A DNA stretch of 64,000 nt from a virus (taxonomy: Duplodnaviria > Caudoviricetes), in the IMG/VR virus record IMGVR_UViG_3300031555_003522, positions 1-64,000 of that record. The stretch is one strand, 5' to 3'. A program made the translations under genes and the position numbers. The notes beneath the pieces are model-generated. The model was not told the DNA's origin and made no database searches. It was given only the letters and a program-made list of their open reading frames with translations. Of the stretch, positions 20,109 through 29,543 are shown in pieces (within the stretch, counting starts at the first letter, position 1; each line of letters opens with the position of its first letter).

Positions 20109-22811
20109 CTACATCATATTTATCAGGATGCTCGGTGTTCCATCTGCTAAGGATGCTATATTGAGGAATTCTGGAGTAATAACCTCACTAGGCATAGTTA
20201 AAGCATATAGATGTTGTACACCGGGGCCATATCCATTCATATCAACAAACTCAAAATATACAATAGATTCTTGATATTTAGTAGTGATATCTGTAACAAG
20301 ATTAGGCATATGAAGAGAAGTTATTTCATTAATATCTTCTATATATGCTTTGATATCTTGTACTATATCATTTATTATATTTGTATCATAGTTCTTCTTA
20401 AGCTTGAGCTTAAATGCAAGGCTTACAGAAGTACTATTTAGAAGCTCGGGATTTTCGCTTTCATCAAGTGCAAATAGTCTAGAAGGACCATAAGTATTGA
20501 AGAACTTGAAGTCCATTCCAAATGCATCTTCAAGGATTTGAATAGCATAATCTATATAATTCTTCCGCTTTATCAATTCCTTAAAGAAATATATAGCGGT
20601 ATCATCATCTGTGAAATAATCATGTTTTACAACAGGTACTTGTTTTATCGTATATCCATCGAATACAGGGGTTTTAGTACCATCTTCATTCTCCTCCAGC
20701 TTTGTATCTACTACTACCGTAGAGGATACAATTTCAGAATAATCATGGAAGAAGTCTAGTCCATCCACGACATTGTAGCTATTAGACAGGGTTAAATCTT
20801 CTATATTAGGAATAATTTGTTTCAATGCATTGAAAGAATCATCATTGACTACATTATTCTGCTTAGAGAGAATATGAATTACACACTTTGTATTACCCTG
20901 CAAATGTGCATAACTCTCATTATTGCTACCAAGATCATACAATCCGGTATCAATTTTTATTCTATTTTTAGTATCTATATAATCTTCAGAAGTGAATTTG
21001 AACTCGAAAGAGAATATATTTGCAGCTTTATCAAAATTCTTTAGAGTTCCTTCTGCCCATCTATGAGGATTATCTTCCTCATCATACATAACAGCAATAC
21101 ACCTGATATCTACTATAGTATTCCCATCAGTATCAGTATGAATAACACTGAAGTCATCATCTATATTCTGCTCAAGGGAAATATTCATATAATAACTATC
21201 GGGATCAGTTATATAGTTTCTAGACCAAGAAATATTGGTTGCAATGAATTGATATACACACTGATCATTTATATATGAGAAGTCTAAGAATTTCTTTGTA
21301 TCCATACAGCTAAGATAGTACATGCCGTATAAAGGATCTTTGCATATAGCAAAGTTATAAGGAATTCTATAATAGAAAGTATTAGAATAATCAGCATCTT
21401 GAATTTCACTAATTGGAATAACCTCTCCAGTATTATCGCCAAGAAGTTTAATAGCAAGATCTCTACCAAATATTAGCTTATTACTTCCATCTTCAGATTT
21501 AAGAGAGGATGGATAAACCTTTATATCTATAGTATTTGTAGGAACTATTACATTCATCTGATCTCTCATCACTATGAAAGAATAGTATAGACGTTCTAGG
21601 GCATTATCTCTCTTTTTATAGAAATAAAGTTTCGAATCATCTGTATCTATCATATTAAAGAAATTTTGAAGATCATTAAAGTTTGTAATACTTCCTCTAG
21701 ATGTAGCCTCTTTAGGAATTAGAGATTTAAGTTTTTCAATAGATTTCTTATCAGATCCATAAGCAGATTCTCCAGTAACAGGTCTAATTTCACAACCTAT
21801 ATTACTATATCCGAATCTCTCAGATTCGAAAGAAAATCCAGGATATATGTCCGGATCAAATGTGAAATTGCCAGATTCTCCAGAGGTTAACTGTAGATTG
21901 ATTTTTACCTCACTATTTATTCTAGGGGCATAAGAAGTTCTATCGAACTTGATTCTTATTGTATTTGAATCCATATAATTATAATAGAAATACGGATATT
22001 TTGTATTTTCTACATTTAATCCATCATAAATAGGAATTAAATGTGTAGTAGTATTACCTTCCGTAACATCGATATCAAATGCAGCAAGCTGGCCATCGAA
22101 AGTAAAAGAAACTACCTTAGATGCTATAGAGTTATCACTCAACACAGTTTTATAGATAGTCTTTTTCTCTACCTGATGGAGTGTGCATTTAGTAAATATG
22201 ATATTCATTCCATTTACTTTCATACTAACAGGAGATGTTAAATAAGGATTAGTGACTCCAGATATAGGATTATCAGGATTATCTTTATCTCCGATTAAAT
22301 ATCTTGCTGTATATGCATATTTGTTTTCAGATCCAGAATTGTTCAATCTGATTTTTCTTATTTCTATATCATAATCCACATGGAAGCAATAATCTCCTAT
22401 ATAAATGGGCGTATCTTTATCAAAAATAAATGTCCACGATCCATCTATATTAGCTCTAGATTTTCCACTATTGAACCATGTAACGATATCATCCTCAATA
22501 AATGTCAGTAATACATCTAATTGAGCTGGAACAGCATTGATATCTGTGATACCAAGCCCAAGAGCATGAGCTATAATATTCTTTTCGAACTTTGCTTTTG
22601 TAGGTATGGATTCATTAGAAAACTCCGATGCCATAACTATGCTATTCTGCAAGAGATCAGAAAACATTTGACCAGTATAGCCAAAAATACCAAGCATTAA
22701 AGTATCTTCAGATACATCTGGTGTAAACCGTTTTTTAATCTCATTCACATAAGCATTTATACCATACACATCAGAAGTAAGATTCGTGCTAGTATCAATA
22801 TTGAGAGCCAT
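20109..22811 (-). CDS. baseplate wedge protein (T4 gp6-like)
   Basis: 900 aa; N-term A..E.NII.HA..LG, internal TSGESGN and YGSDKKSIEKLK resemble wedge proteins; structural context. Confidence 0.6.
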   Translation of the reverse strand: MALNIDTSTNLTSDVYGINAYVNEIKKRFTPDVSEDTLMLGIFGYTGQMFSDLLQNSIVMASEFSNESIPTKAKFEKNIIAHALGLGITDINAVPAQLDVLLTFIEDDIVTWFNSGKSRANIDGSWTFIFDKDTPIYIGDYCFHVDYDIEIRKIRLNNSGSENKYAYTARYLIGDKDNPDNPISGVTNPYLTSPVSMKVNGMNIIFTKCTLHQVEKKTIYKTVLSDNSIASKVVSFTFDGQLAAFDIDVTEGNTTTHLIPIYDGLNVENTKYPYFYYNYMDSNTIRIKFDRTSYAPRINSEVKINLQLTSGESGNFTFDPDIYPGFSFESERFGYSNIGCEIRPVTGESAYGSDKKSIEKLKSLIPKEATSRGSITNFNDLQNFFNMIDTDDSKLYFYKKRDNALERLYYSFIVMRDQMNVIVPTNTIDIKVYPSSLKSEDGSNKLIFGRDLAIKLLGDNTGEVIPISEIQDADYSNTFYYRIPYNFAICKDPLYGMYYLSCMDTKKFLDFSYINDQCVYQFIATNISWSRNYITDPDSYYMNISLEQNIDDDFSVIHTDTDGNTIVDIRCIAVMYDEEDNPHRWAEGTLKNFDKAANIFSFEFKFTSEDYIDTKNRIKIDTGLYDLGSNNESYAHLQGNTKCVIHILSKQNNVVNDDSFNALKQIIPNIEDLTLSNSYNVVDGLDFFHDYSEIVSSTVVVDTKLEENEDGTKTPVFDGYTIKQVPVVKHDYFTDDDTAIYFFKELIKRKNYIDYAIQILEDAFGMDFKFFNTYGPSRLFALDESENPELLNSTSVSLAFKLKLKKNYDTNIINDIVQDIKAYIEDINEITSLHMPNLVTDITTKYQESIVYFEFVDMNGYGPGVQHLYALTMPSEVITPEFLNIASLADGTPSILINMM

Positions 22812-22832
22812 ATATCACGAAACCTCCTTTTA

Positions 22833-23894
22833 TTACTTTCTCCATCGTAAATAATACTCTTTTCTATTACCATGACTAGATGTAGGTACATTTCTTATAT
22901 CAATATAAGGAATTGTAGCCCATTCGCCTTCCATGGTATGCATAGAAGTATTAAACAATGGCAAATCTTCTTTAGCTTTACTTAAAATATCAGATACTAT
23001 TTGATTAAATTGGTATATAATAACAGGGTCCATATCTCTTACGAAATGACCCTTCCAACCAACTGTTAATTTTTGCGGGCCACCAGACGTCATATCTCCA
23101 AATGCTTCTCTAGGAATCGAATTAGGATAGCATCCTGTAATTCTAGCCCAATAAATTATTCTGTAGCCATCTTCTGCTACAACAAATTTATATATGGTCA
23201 TTTGGTCATGAAGCACTCTATTAATGATATAATTATTCCATCTATCGGAATCACAATTTGTGAAATCTAGTGCTCCATTCCACTTTAATTTTTCATATTC
23301 ATCATACATTTTGAATAGCATATATACATCTAGATATTTTGTATCCTCAAATTCTAGATTAAAGCTATGATCAATATCGGATTTATACGATGTACCTCTA
23401 TATGTCACTTTAGTACCCATAATATTACTTCCGGTATCTACTTCATCAGCCGTAATTCCAGGTATATCTAGACTACTGGTTACAGAATTTGAAAGTATAT
23501 TTATAAATGGGCCATCTCCAATACTAACAGAACTCTGTAACTGCTTAGCTACATTAGTATATCTTTCTATAGCATCTCTAAAGAAGATATTATTAGAAAG
23601 AATAGGACTTATAGCAGATCCATTATAATTGAATAAGCATAAGTCTGGTTTGGTTATAAAGATATATTCTTTTGTGGTAGTTATAGTATTATTTGGATCT
23701 ATAATTCCAAATCTTGTGAATTTCTTATGCCAGTCCATGTCATATCTATCATATATTCCATGGGCCATTATAGCAGATTTTACATCACTGGAAGATGATG
23801 TGAATTTAAGATCACTTCTGCTGTTAATTGTCAATGATGTACCAATAGCATTTCTTTTAGAATGTGCATTGCTACCAGAACTTTTTGCAGGCAA
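22833..23894 (-). CDS. tail-tube-like/baseplate virion protein
   Basis: YIFITKPDL..F.LEFEDT..IYKFVV.EDG..IIYW..TGCYP motifs; TTG start; late promoter 23925-23936 (-). Confidence 0.55.
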   Translation of the reverse strand: MPAKSSGSNAHSKRNAIGTSLTINSRSDLKFTSSSSDVKSAIMAHGIYDRYDMDWHKKFTRFGIIDPNNTITTTKEYIFITKPDLCLFNYNGSAISPILSNNIFFRDAIERYTNVAKQLQSSVSIGDGPFINILSNSVTSSLDIPGITADEVDTGSNIMGTKVTYRGTSYKSDIDHSFNLEFEDTKYLDVYMLFKMYDEYEKLKWNGALDFTNCDSDRWNNYIINRVLHDQMTIYKFVVAEDGYRIIYWARITGCYPNSIPREAFGDMTSGGPQKLTVGWKGHFVRDMDPVIIYQFNQIVSDILSKAKEDLPLFNTSMHTMEGEWATIPYIDIRNVPTSSHGNRKEYYLRWRK

Positions 23895-24094
23895 TTCTAT
23901 TTACCCCCTTCCAGGCAAATTACTTAATGTAATGTTGCCGAGGTTAAATATGTCCTTGAATGTATATTATAAAGATGAAAATAAAGGTCTAAATGATTTT
24001 CAAGAGGCATATGAATTAAGTAATACTCCTTTTCCATATCACATAGCAAGTCTCTAAAAAAATTTAATCTCTATTGAAAAGGAGTTTGATAAAT

Positions 24095-24373
24095 ATGCGG
24101 CGTATAGGTAAAGCTAATGATCGTCTAGATTCTCATGCAATGAATTATGAAAGAGAGAAACTTAAAGAAACAGAGCAAATGCGAGAAGAATTTGAAATTG
24201 ATGAAAGAAGATTTCAGGCATTTATTGGTGTAATGACTGATCTTTCTAATTCAATTAAAGAACTTGCATCCGCTACTGCTAATAGGCGTCCTCCAGTAGT
24301 AATGAATTTGATTGCAAGTAATGATGAAGATTTGAAGAAGTTTGCTACAATATTTGCGCAAGAAATTAAGTAA
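24095..24373 (+). CDS. hypothetical coiled-coil protein (early-type promoter)
   Basis: AAAGGAG RBS, ATG 24095; TATATTAT at 23963-23970. Confidence 0.6.
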   Translation: MRRIGKANDRLDSHAMNYEREKLKETEQMREEFEIDERRFQAFIGVMTDLSNSIKELASATANRRPPVVMNLIASNDEDLKKFATIFAQEIK

Positions 24374-24483
24374 TTTGTGTGATTACTTAATCTTGCCTAA
24401 TTGGGAGTCTTCAGTCCTTTATTTTTTCTTTTTAGTCTTGAACATAGAAGTAAATATTCGTAAAAAGGAGGAAATAAGTTCCT

Positions 24484-25842
24484 ATGGATAAGTGTAATGC
24501 TATTCACGAAACCACTCTCGGAACCGTTATTGACATAATTGACGATGTTAGAAGTCTTGCCAAGGATGCTAAAGACGGTAAAGAGTTAGCAAAAAATTAT
24601 AAAGATCGAATTAATAAGAATGGCTTTAATAATGCAGGAAAATCCATTGCAAGAATTGATTCTAACTTGACGATGGTTTTCCCCATCCTCTGCTCTAGAG
24701 GAATTAGTATTGAGAATGCCTCTATGGTCTCTAAAGCTATGGAGCGTAATTTTGTAAGCATGCTTCAAAGAATCTTTGCTGCTCATCAAGTTTCTGACTG
24801 GAAAACTGTCGAAGGTTATATCTCTGATTTCCATCAGAATTTAGATGGCCGTCTGATTTCTATGGATGATGTGCTTAAAATAGCCAAGATAACAGAAAGT
24901 ACCGAATATTTAACCTCTATAGAAGAATCCGCTATTAAGACAGATATGGGTCGTATTAATTTTGTATTACCCTCTAATATAAATGAAACTTCCCTTACAA
25001 TGTATACTTTAGCGGAGAATGATATTGGTGTAAGAGGAACAAAGAATGGAAATTCCGTAGATATCAATATTAGGGTAAAAAATGATGGAGACTTTAAAAA
25101 GAGTTCTCCTGCTAAAGATCTTAAGGATGATGCAGATGCGAAGAAAACTGCTGCAGAGTTCTTTACAAAACAGGTTATAGACTCTGATTATAAGAAGGCT
25201 AATGAATTAATGCCTACAACTATGACTATTTCTTTCAAGGTTGAGACAGAGAATGGAAATATTCCTGTTGATAATGCACTTGTTGGTGTAAAAGCCAAAT
25301 TGTATCCTATTTCTTCTGAAGATATTGTAGAAAATATTTCTAAGAGATTGGAAGATAAAAATTGGATTACAAACTTTATTCGTGCAACTACTCGTGAGAT
25401 TTCTTTCTTTAAAGATTTCTTATTTGCTATTGATCGTGCTAAGATCGATGCACTTGCTCATTCTGCTCGTAAAAAGACTACCGATAAGATTTGGAAGGTT
25501 CTTGAACGCAGAGCTACAAATGCAAAAATAAAGAATATGACTCAGACATCTAAGTCCGATGTTCGTCCTATCACTACTCTTTGTATTTCTCAGGAAGAAG
25601 TAGAATATCTCCGTAAACATCATAATGTAGATATGGAGAGTATTTCTACTATCCGCACGCTATTCAATACCCTTAACTTAATGGCTGTAGTTATTGTCGA
25701 TGAAAGCCTCGAAGTTGCTAAGTTTGCTTTTGACTCTGATGATCCTATGTGGGAGACTGTATCCTTCACCCATCTGGAGCGTGAAGCTAGTGATAATAGC
25801 TATAAGAAGGTCGTCAATCTGATGACCAAGATTGCAAGATAA
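24484..25842 (+). CDS. virion head protein
   Basis: Late promoter 24441-24452, AGGAGG RBS; FPILCS..KAMER and KANELMPT..GVKA motifs; IHET/ITES/INET sites. Confidence 0.6.
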   Translation: MDKCNAIHETTLGTVIDIIDDVRSLAKDAKDGKELAKNYKDRINKNGFNNAGKSIARIDSNLTMVFPILCSRGISIENASMVSKAMERNFVSMLQRIFAAHQVSDWKTVEGYISDFHQNLDGRLISMDDVLKIAKITESTEYLTSIEESAIKTDMGRINFVLPSNINETSLTMYTLAENDIGVRGTKNGNSVDINIRVKNDGDFKKSSPAKDLKDDADAKKTAAEFFTKQVIDSDYKKANELMPTTMTISFKVETENGNIPVDNALVGVKAKLYPISSEDIVENISKRLEDKNWITNFIRATTREISFFKDFLFAIDRAKIDALAHSARKKTTDKIWKVLERRATNAKIKNMTQTSKSDVRPITTLCISQEEVEYLRKHHNVDMESISTIRTLFNTLNLMAVVIVDESLEVAKFAFDSDDPMWETVSFTHLEREASDNSYKKVVNLMTKIAR

Positions 25843-25855
25843 GGAGGAGTTAATA

Positions 25856-27085
25856 ATGAGTATTAGTTCTAACTACCTCAATGAAAATGATTTTCAGAAT
25901 CATGATAAGGATTTAGGAACTTATATCGGTTATAACCCCGATGGCACTAATCCTATTGAAGCAAATGCTGAGCTGGAGCGTCAGGTTCCCCCTGCTGTTA
26001 TGGAGGCATTTGTTCAGCATATGGATATTGGTGATAATATGACTCGTAAGGCTATTACCTATATGAATGAGGCAGATCAGGCTTCTGTTCTGGCTTCTTT
26101 AACAGCAAAGCTTTATGACAAGATTATCACTAAAGTTGACGACATTGATTATGGTGATATTCCCAACTCTAAGGGCGATATTACCAAACTTCCTTCCTAT
26201 GAAAAACTCCGTGAGTGTATTGAACTTTTGAGAGATATTCTCAAGGAGTTTAAACAGGATACTGGTCCTATCGAGGTTCTTTCTGTAGCTATGGCTAATG
26301 TCATGTCTAGAAAGGATCTTTTCGGTCGGGCTTTTAAATATAAATGTGAGATGCCTATTATCATGTATAACAATACTGTTTTGTCCATTGTTAATGGTGT
26401 CTCCTATATGATTGCAACCTGCATTGAGTTTATCAAGACCCCGAATAGTGATACATTCCAGATTACTCTCGATAAGGTTGCTCTGAATAAGACCAAGAAT
26501 AACATGCTTTATACTAACCTGAAGAGATTTAATAAGATCTGTGAAGATGGTAAATTTGATAAGGTTATGGAAGAAGTTATTCAGGCTCACATTCACGGTG
26601 GTAAAAATGAAGCTGCTATTAATGAAGCTATTGGAGCTGCTGCTGCAGTTGGTGTTATTAAGGCTGCTGGAGTAAAAGTTGCTGCATTCCTTGGAGGCCT
26701 TGGCCCCGGCGGTTGGATAGCTCTTAGTGTTATAGCTTTGGTTGCTTTGGTCACCGTGCTTATCCCCCTTTTGAGAGATATGGTATTCATGTTCTACTAT
26801 GCTAGAGTAAGAGTATCTGATTTCTTTGACATACAGGCTGATCTGTTACAGATGAATACTTTCAAACTGCAGAATGATCCTACTATTCCTTCTGATGAGA
26901 AGGAGCGCACTATCAATAAACAGATGAAGGTAGTAGATCTGTTCCGTAAGATGGCCAATAAGATCTCTTATACAAATAAGGAAGCAGAAGTTAAGGCTAC
27001 TCGAGAGATTACTGCTGATTCTAAGAAGATGAAGCTATCTGATATCTCAGATGAGATCCCTGACAGCGTATCCGCTCTCTTCTAA
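25856..27085 (+). CDS. virion head/membrane-associated protein
   Basis: AGGAGG RBS before ATG 25856; one hydrophobic segment; MNEA/INEA sites. Confidence 0.55.
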   Translation: MSISSNYLNENDFQNHDKDLGTYIGYNPDGTNPIEANAELERQVPPAVMEAFVQHMDIGDNMTRKAITYMNEADQASVLASLTAKLYDKIITKVDDIDYGDIPNSKGDITKLPSYEKLRECIELLRDILKEFKQDTGPIEVLSVAMANVMSRKDLFGRAFKYKCEMPIIMYNNTVLSIVNGVSYMIATCIEFIKTPNSDTFQITLDKVALNKTKNNMLYTNLKRFNKICEDGKFDKVMEEVIQAHIHGGKNEAAINEAIGAAAAVGVIKAAGVKVAAFLGGLGPGGWIALSVIALVALVTVLIPLLRDMVFMFYYARVRVSDFFDIQADLLQMNTFKLQNDPTIPSDEKERTINKQMKVVDLFRKMANKISYTNKEAEVKATREITADSKKMKLSDISDEIPDSVSALF

Positions 27086-27176
27086 AAGTAAAGGATATCA
27101 AATGTATTTCTAAAACATTATAATAAGTCAATACGAAATACGACTTTTCATAAAATTATAAGGAGGAAATAAATTC

Positions 27177-28247
27177 ATGATTTATACTGTGAATGAATCT
27201 GCCAGCAAAGTTGTCAAGAAGAATACTAATTTTGCTGATATTCTTTTTGAATCTGAGCAGAATAATATGATGATTTTTGAAGCAGCGCTGGCATGTGATT
27301 TCCATGAAATCAAGGGCTTGCGTGAAGGCACTATCGTTAGTTCCGAACTGTCTGCTCTGCAGGAGAAGACTGCTAAGGAATATATGGGAATCGTTTGGAC
27401 TGCCATTAAGAGAGCATGGGAGAAGATTCTTGAAGCTCTTGGCAATGCAATGAAGACAATCGGTCTGTTTGTTTTGAAGACTGGCACCCCTCTGACCAAG
27501 AAGTTTGATGAAACTTATGATGCACATAAGAGAGAGGGTATTAAGTTCAATGATCTTAAGACCGAATGGATTGATATGGATAAGCTCTCTGATAAGTACT
27601 CCGTTCATGGTGTATTTAATAAGGGTATGTCTATGATGGATCAGTATGCTGGTTATAAGTATGCTAATGGCGATAAGGCCACTGCTCATAACATTAGCAG
27701 CTCCATTTTCTGTGAATACCTTGGTGTTACTGTTGGTACAGTAGAGGCACCTAAGGAATTCATTGAGGAAGCTATGAAGAAGTCTATTGAAACTAAGGAT
27801 ATTAAGAATAAGAGTGATCTTGAGCCTATGCTGGATATCCTTAGAAAGAATGACGCAATTAAGGCATTGCGTAAAACAGAATCTGAACTTGGTAAGGAAC
27901 TTAATGAGGTTAAGAAGGCATTGGATAAGAATCCTGAAAACAATGCCGATGCTATTGGCGCTGTTGCCAGTGCATATCAGACTGCTATTAATGCATTTAC
28001 CAATCTTCACATTAAGTCTGTCAGATTTGACATGAAGAAGGCATATACTGTTATCCAGAAGGCTATCATGGATATCGAAGGTGTTAAGGAATCTGTAGAT
28101 TATGCTGTTTCCGTCTTTGAGTCCGAATTCGATGCTGATATGGAAACCGTTCCCGGCCAGGAAGAGATCGATCCTCAGTTTGGTGATGCTGTCAATGCTC
28201 TTATTGATGCATCTGAACCTGAGGCCGATCCTAATCCCGAGGCTTAA
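27177..28247 (+). CDS. internal head protein
   Basis: Late promoter 27114-27125; acidic propeptide with VNES/LFES/IFEA/LREG then IKRAWEKI helix; C-terminal VKES/VFES. Confidence 0.6.
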   Translation: MIYTVNESASKVVKKNTNFADILFESEQNNMMIFEAALACDFHEIKGLREGTIVSSELSALQEKTAKEYMGIVWTAIKRAWEKILEALGNAMKTIGLFVLKTGTPLTKKFDETYDAHKREGIKFNDLKTEWIDMDKLSDKYSVHGVFNKGMSMMDQYAGYKYANGDKATAHNISSSIFCEYLGVTVGTVEAPKEFIEEAMKKSIETKDIKNKSDLEPMLDILRKNDAIKALRKTESELGKELNEVKKALDKNPENNADAIGAVASAYQTAINAFTNLHIKSVRFDMKKAYTVIQKAIMDIEGVKESVDYAVSVFESEFDADMETVPGQEEIDPQFGDAVNALIDASEPEADPNPEA

Positions 28248-28270
28248 TTACTTAAAGGAGGGACTTTATA

Positions 28271-29455
28271 ATGAGCATTTATACTAACAAGATCCTTCGT
28301 GAGGAAGTTACTCCCAAGGATGTTATCAATACTCCTGATGATATCGGTGCAGAACTCGATGCTATTGAAAAGGCTGTTTGCGGCCCTGATGGTATCGAAT
28401 CTCATCGTGATGAAATTGAAGCCGCCAATTCTGGTATCGTAGGTGAGCCCCTCGAAGAGGCTTTTAATATCATCTATGAGGCAGAATACAACTACAACCA
28501 GATTATGCGTTGTATTGGCATGAATGAGCTGAAGTCTTTCAATGAGGGCAAGGAATTTGTCTTTACTGAAGCTGATAAGAATGGCTTCTTCCACACTATG
28601 ATTACATGGCTTAAGGGTATCTTTGCTAAGATCTCCGAAATGTTCCACAACTTTATCGCAGAGATGACTGAGAAGTTCCATATGGACAAGAAGTTTGTGG
28701 AGAAGCATAATGCTGAAATCAAGGCTGGTTATGAGAAGCTGAAGGTTGATAAGGATGCTACTATTGATACATTTAAATTCCCCAAGCTGGGTAATTCTAT
28801 GGATGAAATCAAGAATAGCGATTACTTCTCTCAGGATGATTCTTCCGATCATTACCATCGCATGGAAGCTGAACTGGATGGTAAGAATCCTGCTGTTGAT
28901 CATAATCCCGATATGCGTGAAAAGGATTCCCTTGATCGTATGGGTATTTATGATATCCTTCCTGAAGATACCAATATGGCAAATCTGAAGGAGCGTCTTA
29001 CTGCATATCTGCGTGGTGAAAAGAAGACTGTTGCTATTAGCCATAGTCCTAATCTGTCTGCTGATGCAGTTATCGCTCGTCTGTCTGCTGAATTGATTGG
29101 TGCTGTCAGAGCTCATTACAACATCATTAAGAGCCGTTATGCTACCCGTATTAAGATGATCGAAGATATGCGTAGACTGTGCAGCAAGGAAGAGGATGAA
29201 GCTATTGCTAGCAAGAAGATTGCTATCTGCGAAGCTTACATGGCTGATATGAAGCACGACATCCAGGTCGAGAATATCAAGTGCGCTATCTTTATGAGTG
29301 CTCTGAGAACTCGTTCTGCTCGTGACCGCGTTCTGGCTCATAAGTACTATAATGCCGGTAAGGTAAAGGAAGAGAAGCAGCCTGCTGAGGAAACTCCTAA
29401 GGTAGAATCTGCTCCGATTAGTTCCGTTATCTTCTCCAGCATGAGGTTCATCTAA
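28271..29455 (+). CDS. internal head protein
   Basis: Propeptide with LREE/LEEA/IYEA/FTEA then WLKGIFAKI helix; C-terminal VES..IFSSMRFI. Confidence 0.6.
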   Translation: MSIYTNKILREEVTPKDVINTPDDIGAELDAIEKAVCGPDGIESHRDEIEAANSGIVGEPLEEAFNIIYEAEYNYNQIMRCIGMNELKSFNEGKEFVFTEADKNGFFHTMITWLKGIFAKISEMFHNFIAEMTEKFHMDKKFVEKHNAEIKAGYEKLKVDKDATIDTFKFPKLGNSMDEIKNSDYFSQDDSSDHYHRMEAELDGKNPAVDHNPDMREKDSLDRMGIYDILPEDTNMANLKERLTAYLRGEKKTVAISHSPNLSADAVIARLSAELIGAVRAHYNIIKSRYATRIKMIEDMRRLCSKEEDEAIASKKIAICEAYMADMKHDIQVENIKCAIFMSALRTRSARDRVLAHKYYNAGKVKEEKQPAEETPKVESAPISSVIFSSMRFI

Positions 29456-29465
29456 TCTAAAATTA

Positions 29466-29498
29466 TAGAGTAGGCTCTTCGGAGCCTACTCTATTTTA
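29466..29498 (+). terminator. intrinsic terminator
   Basis: TAGAGTAGGCTC-TTCG-GAGCCTACTCTA followed by TTTT. Confidence 0.85.
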
Positions 29499-29543
29499 TT
29501 GTATTGAACTTATTAATAATCTTATTAAGTGAGGTGTATTTAC

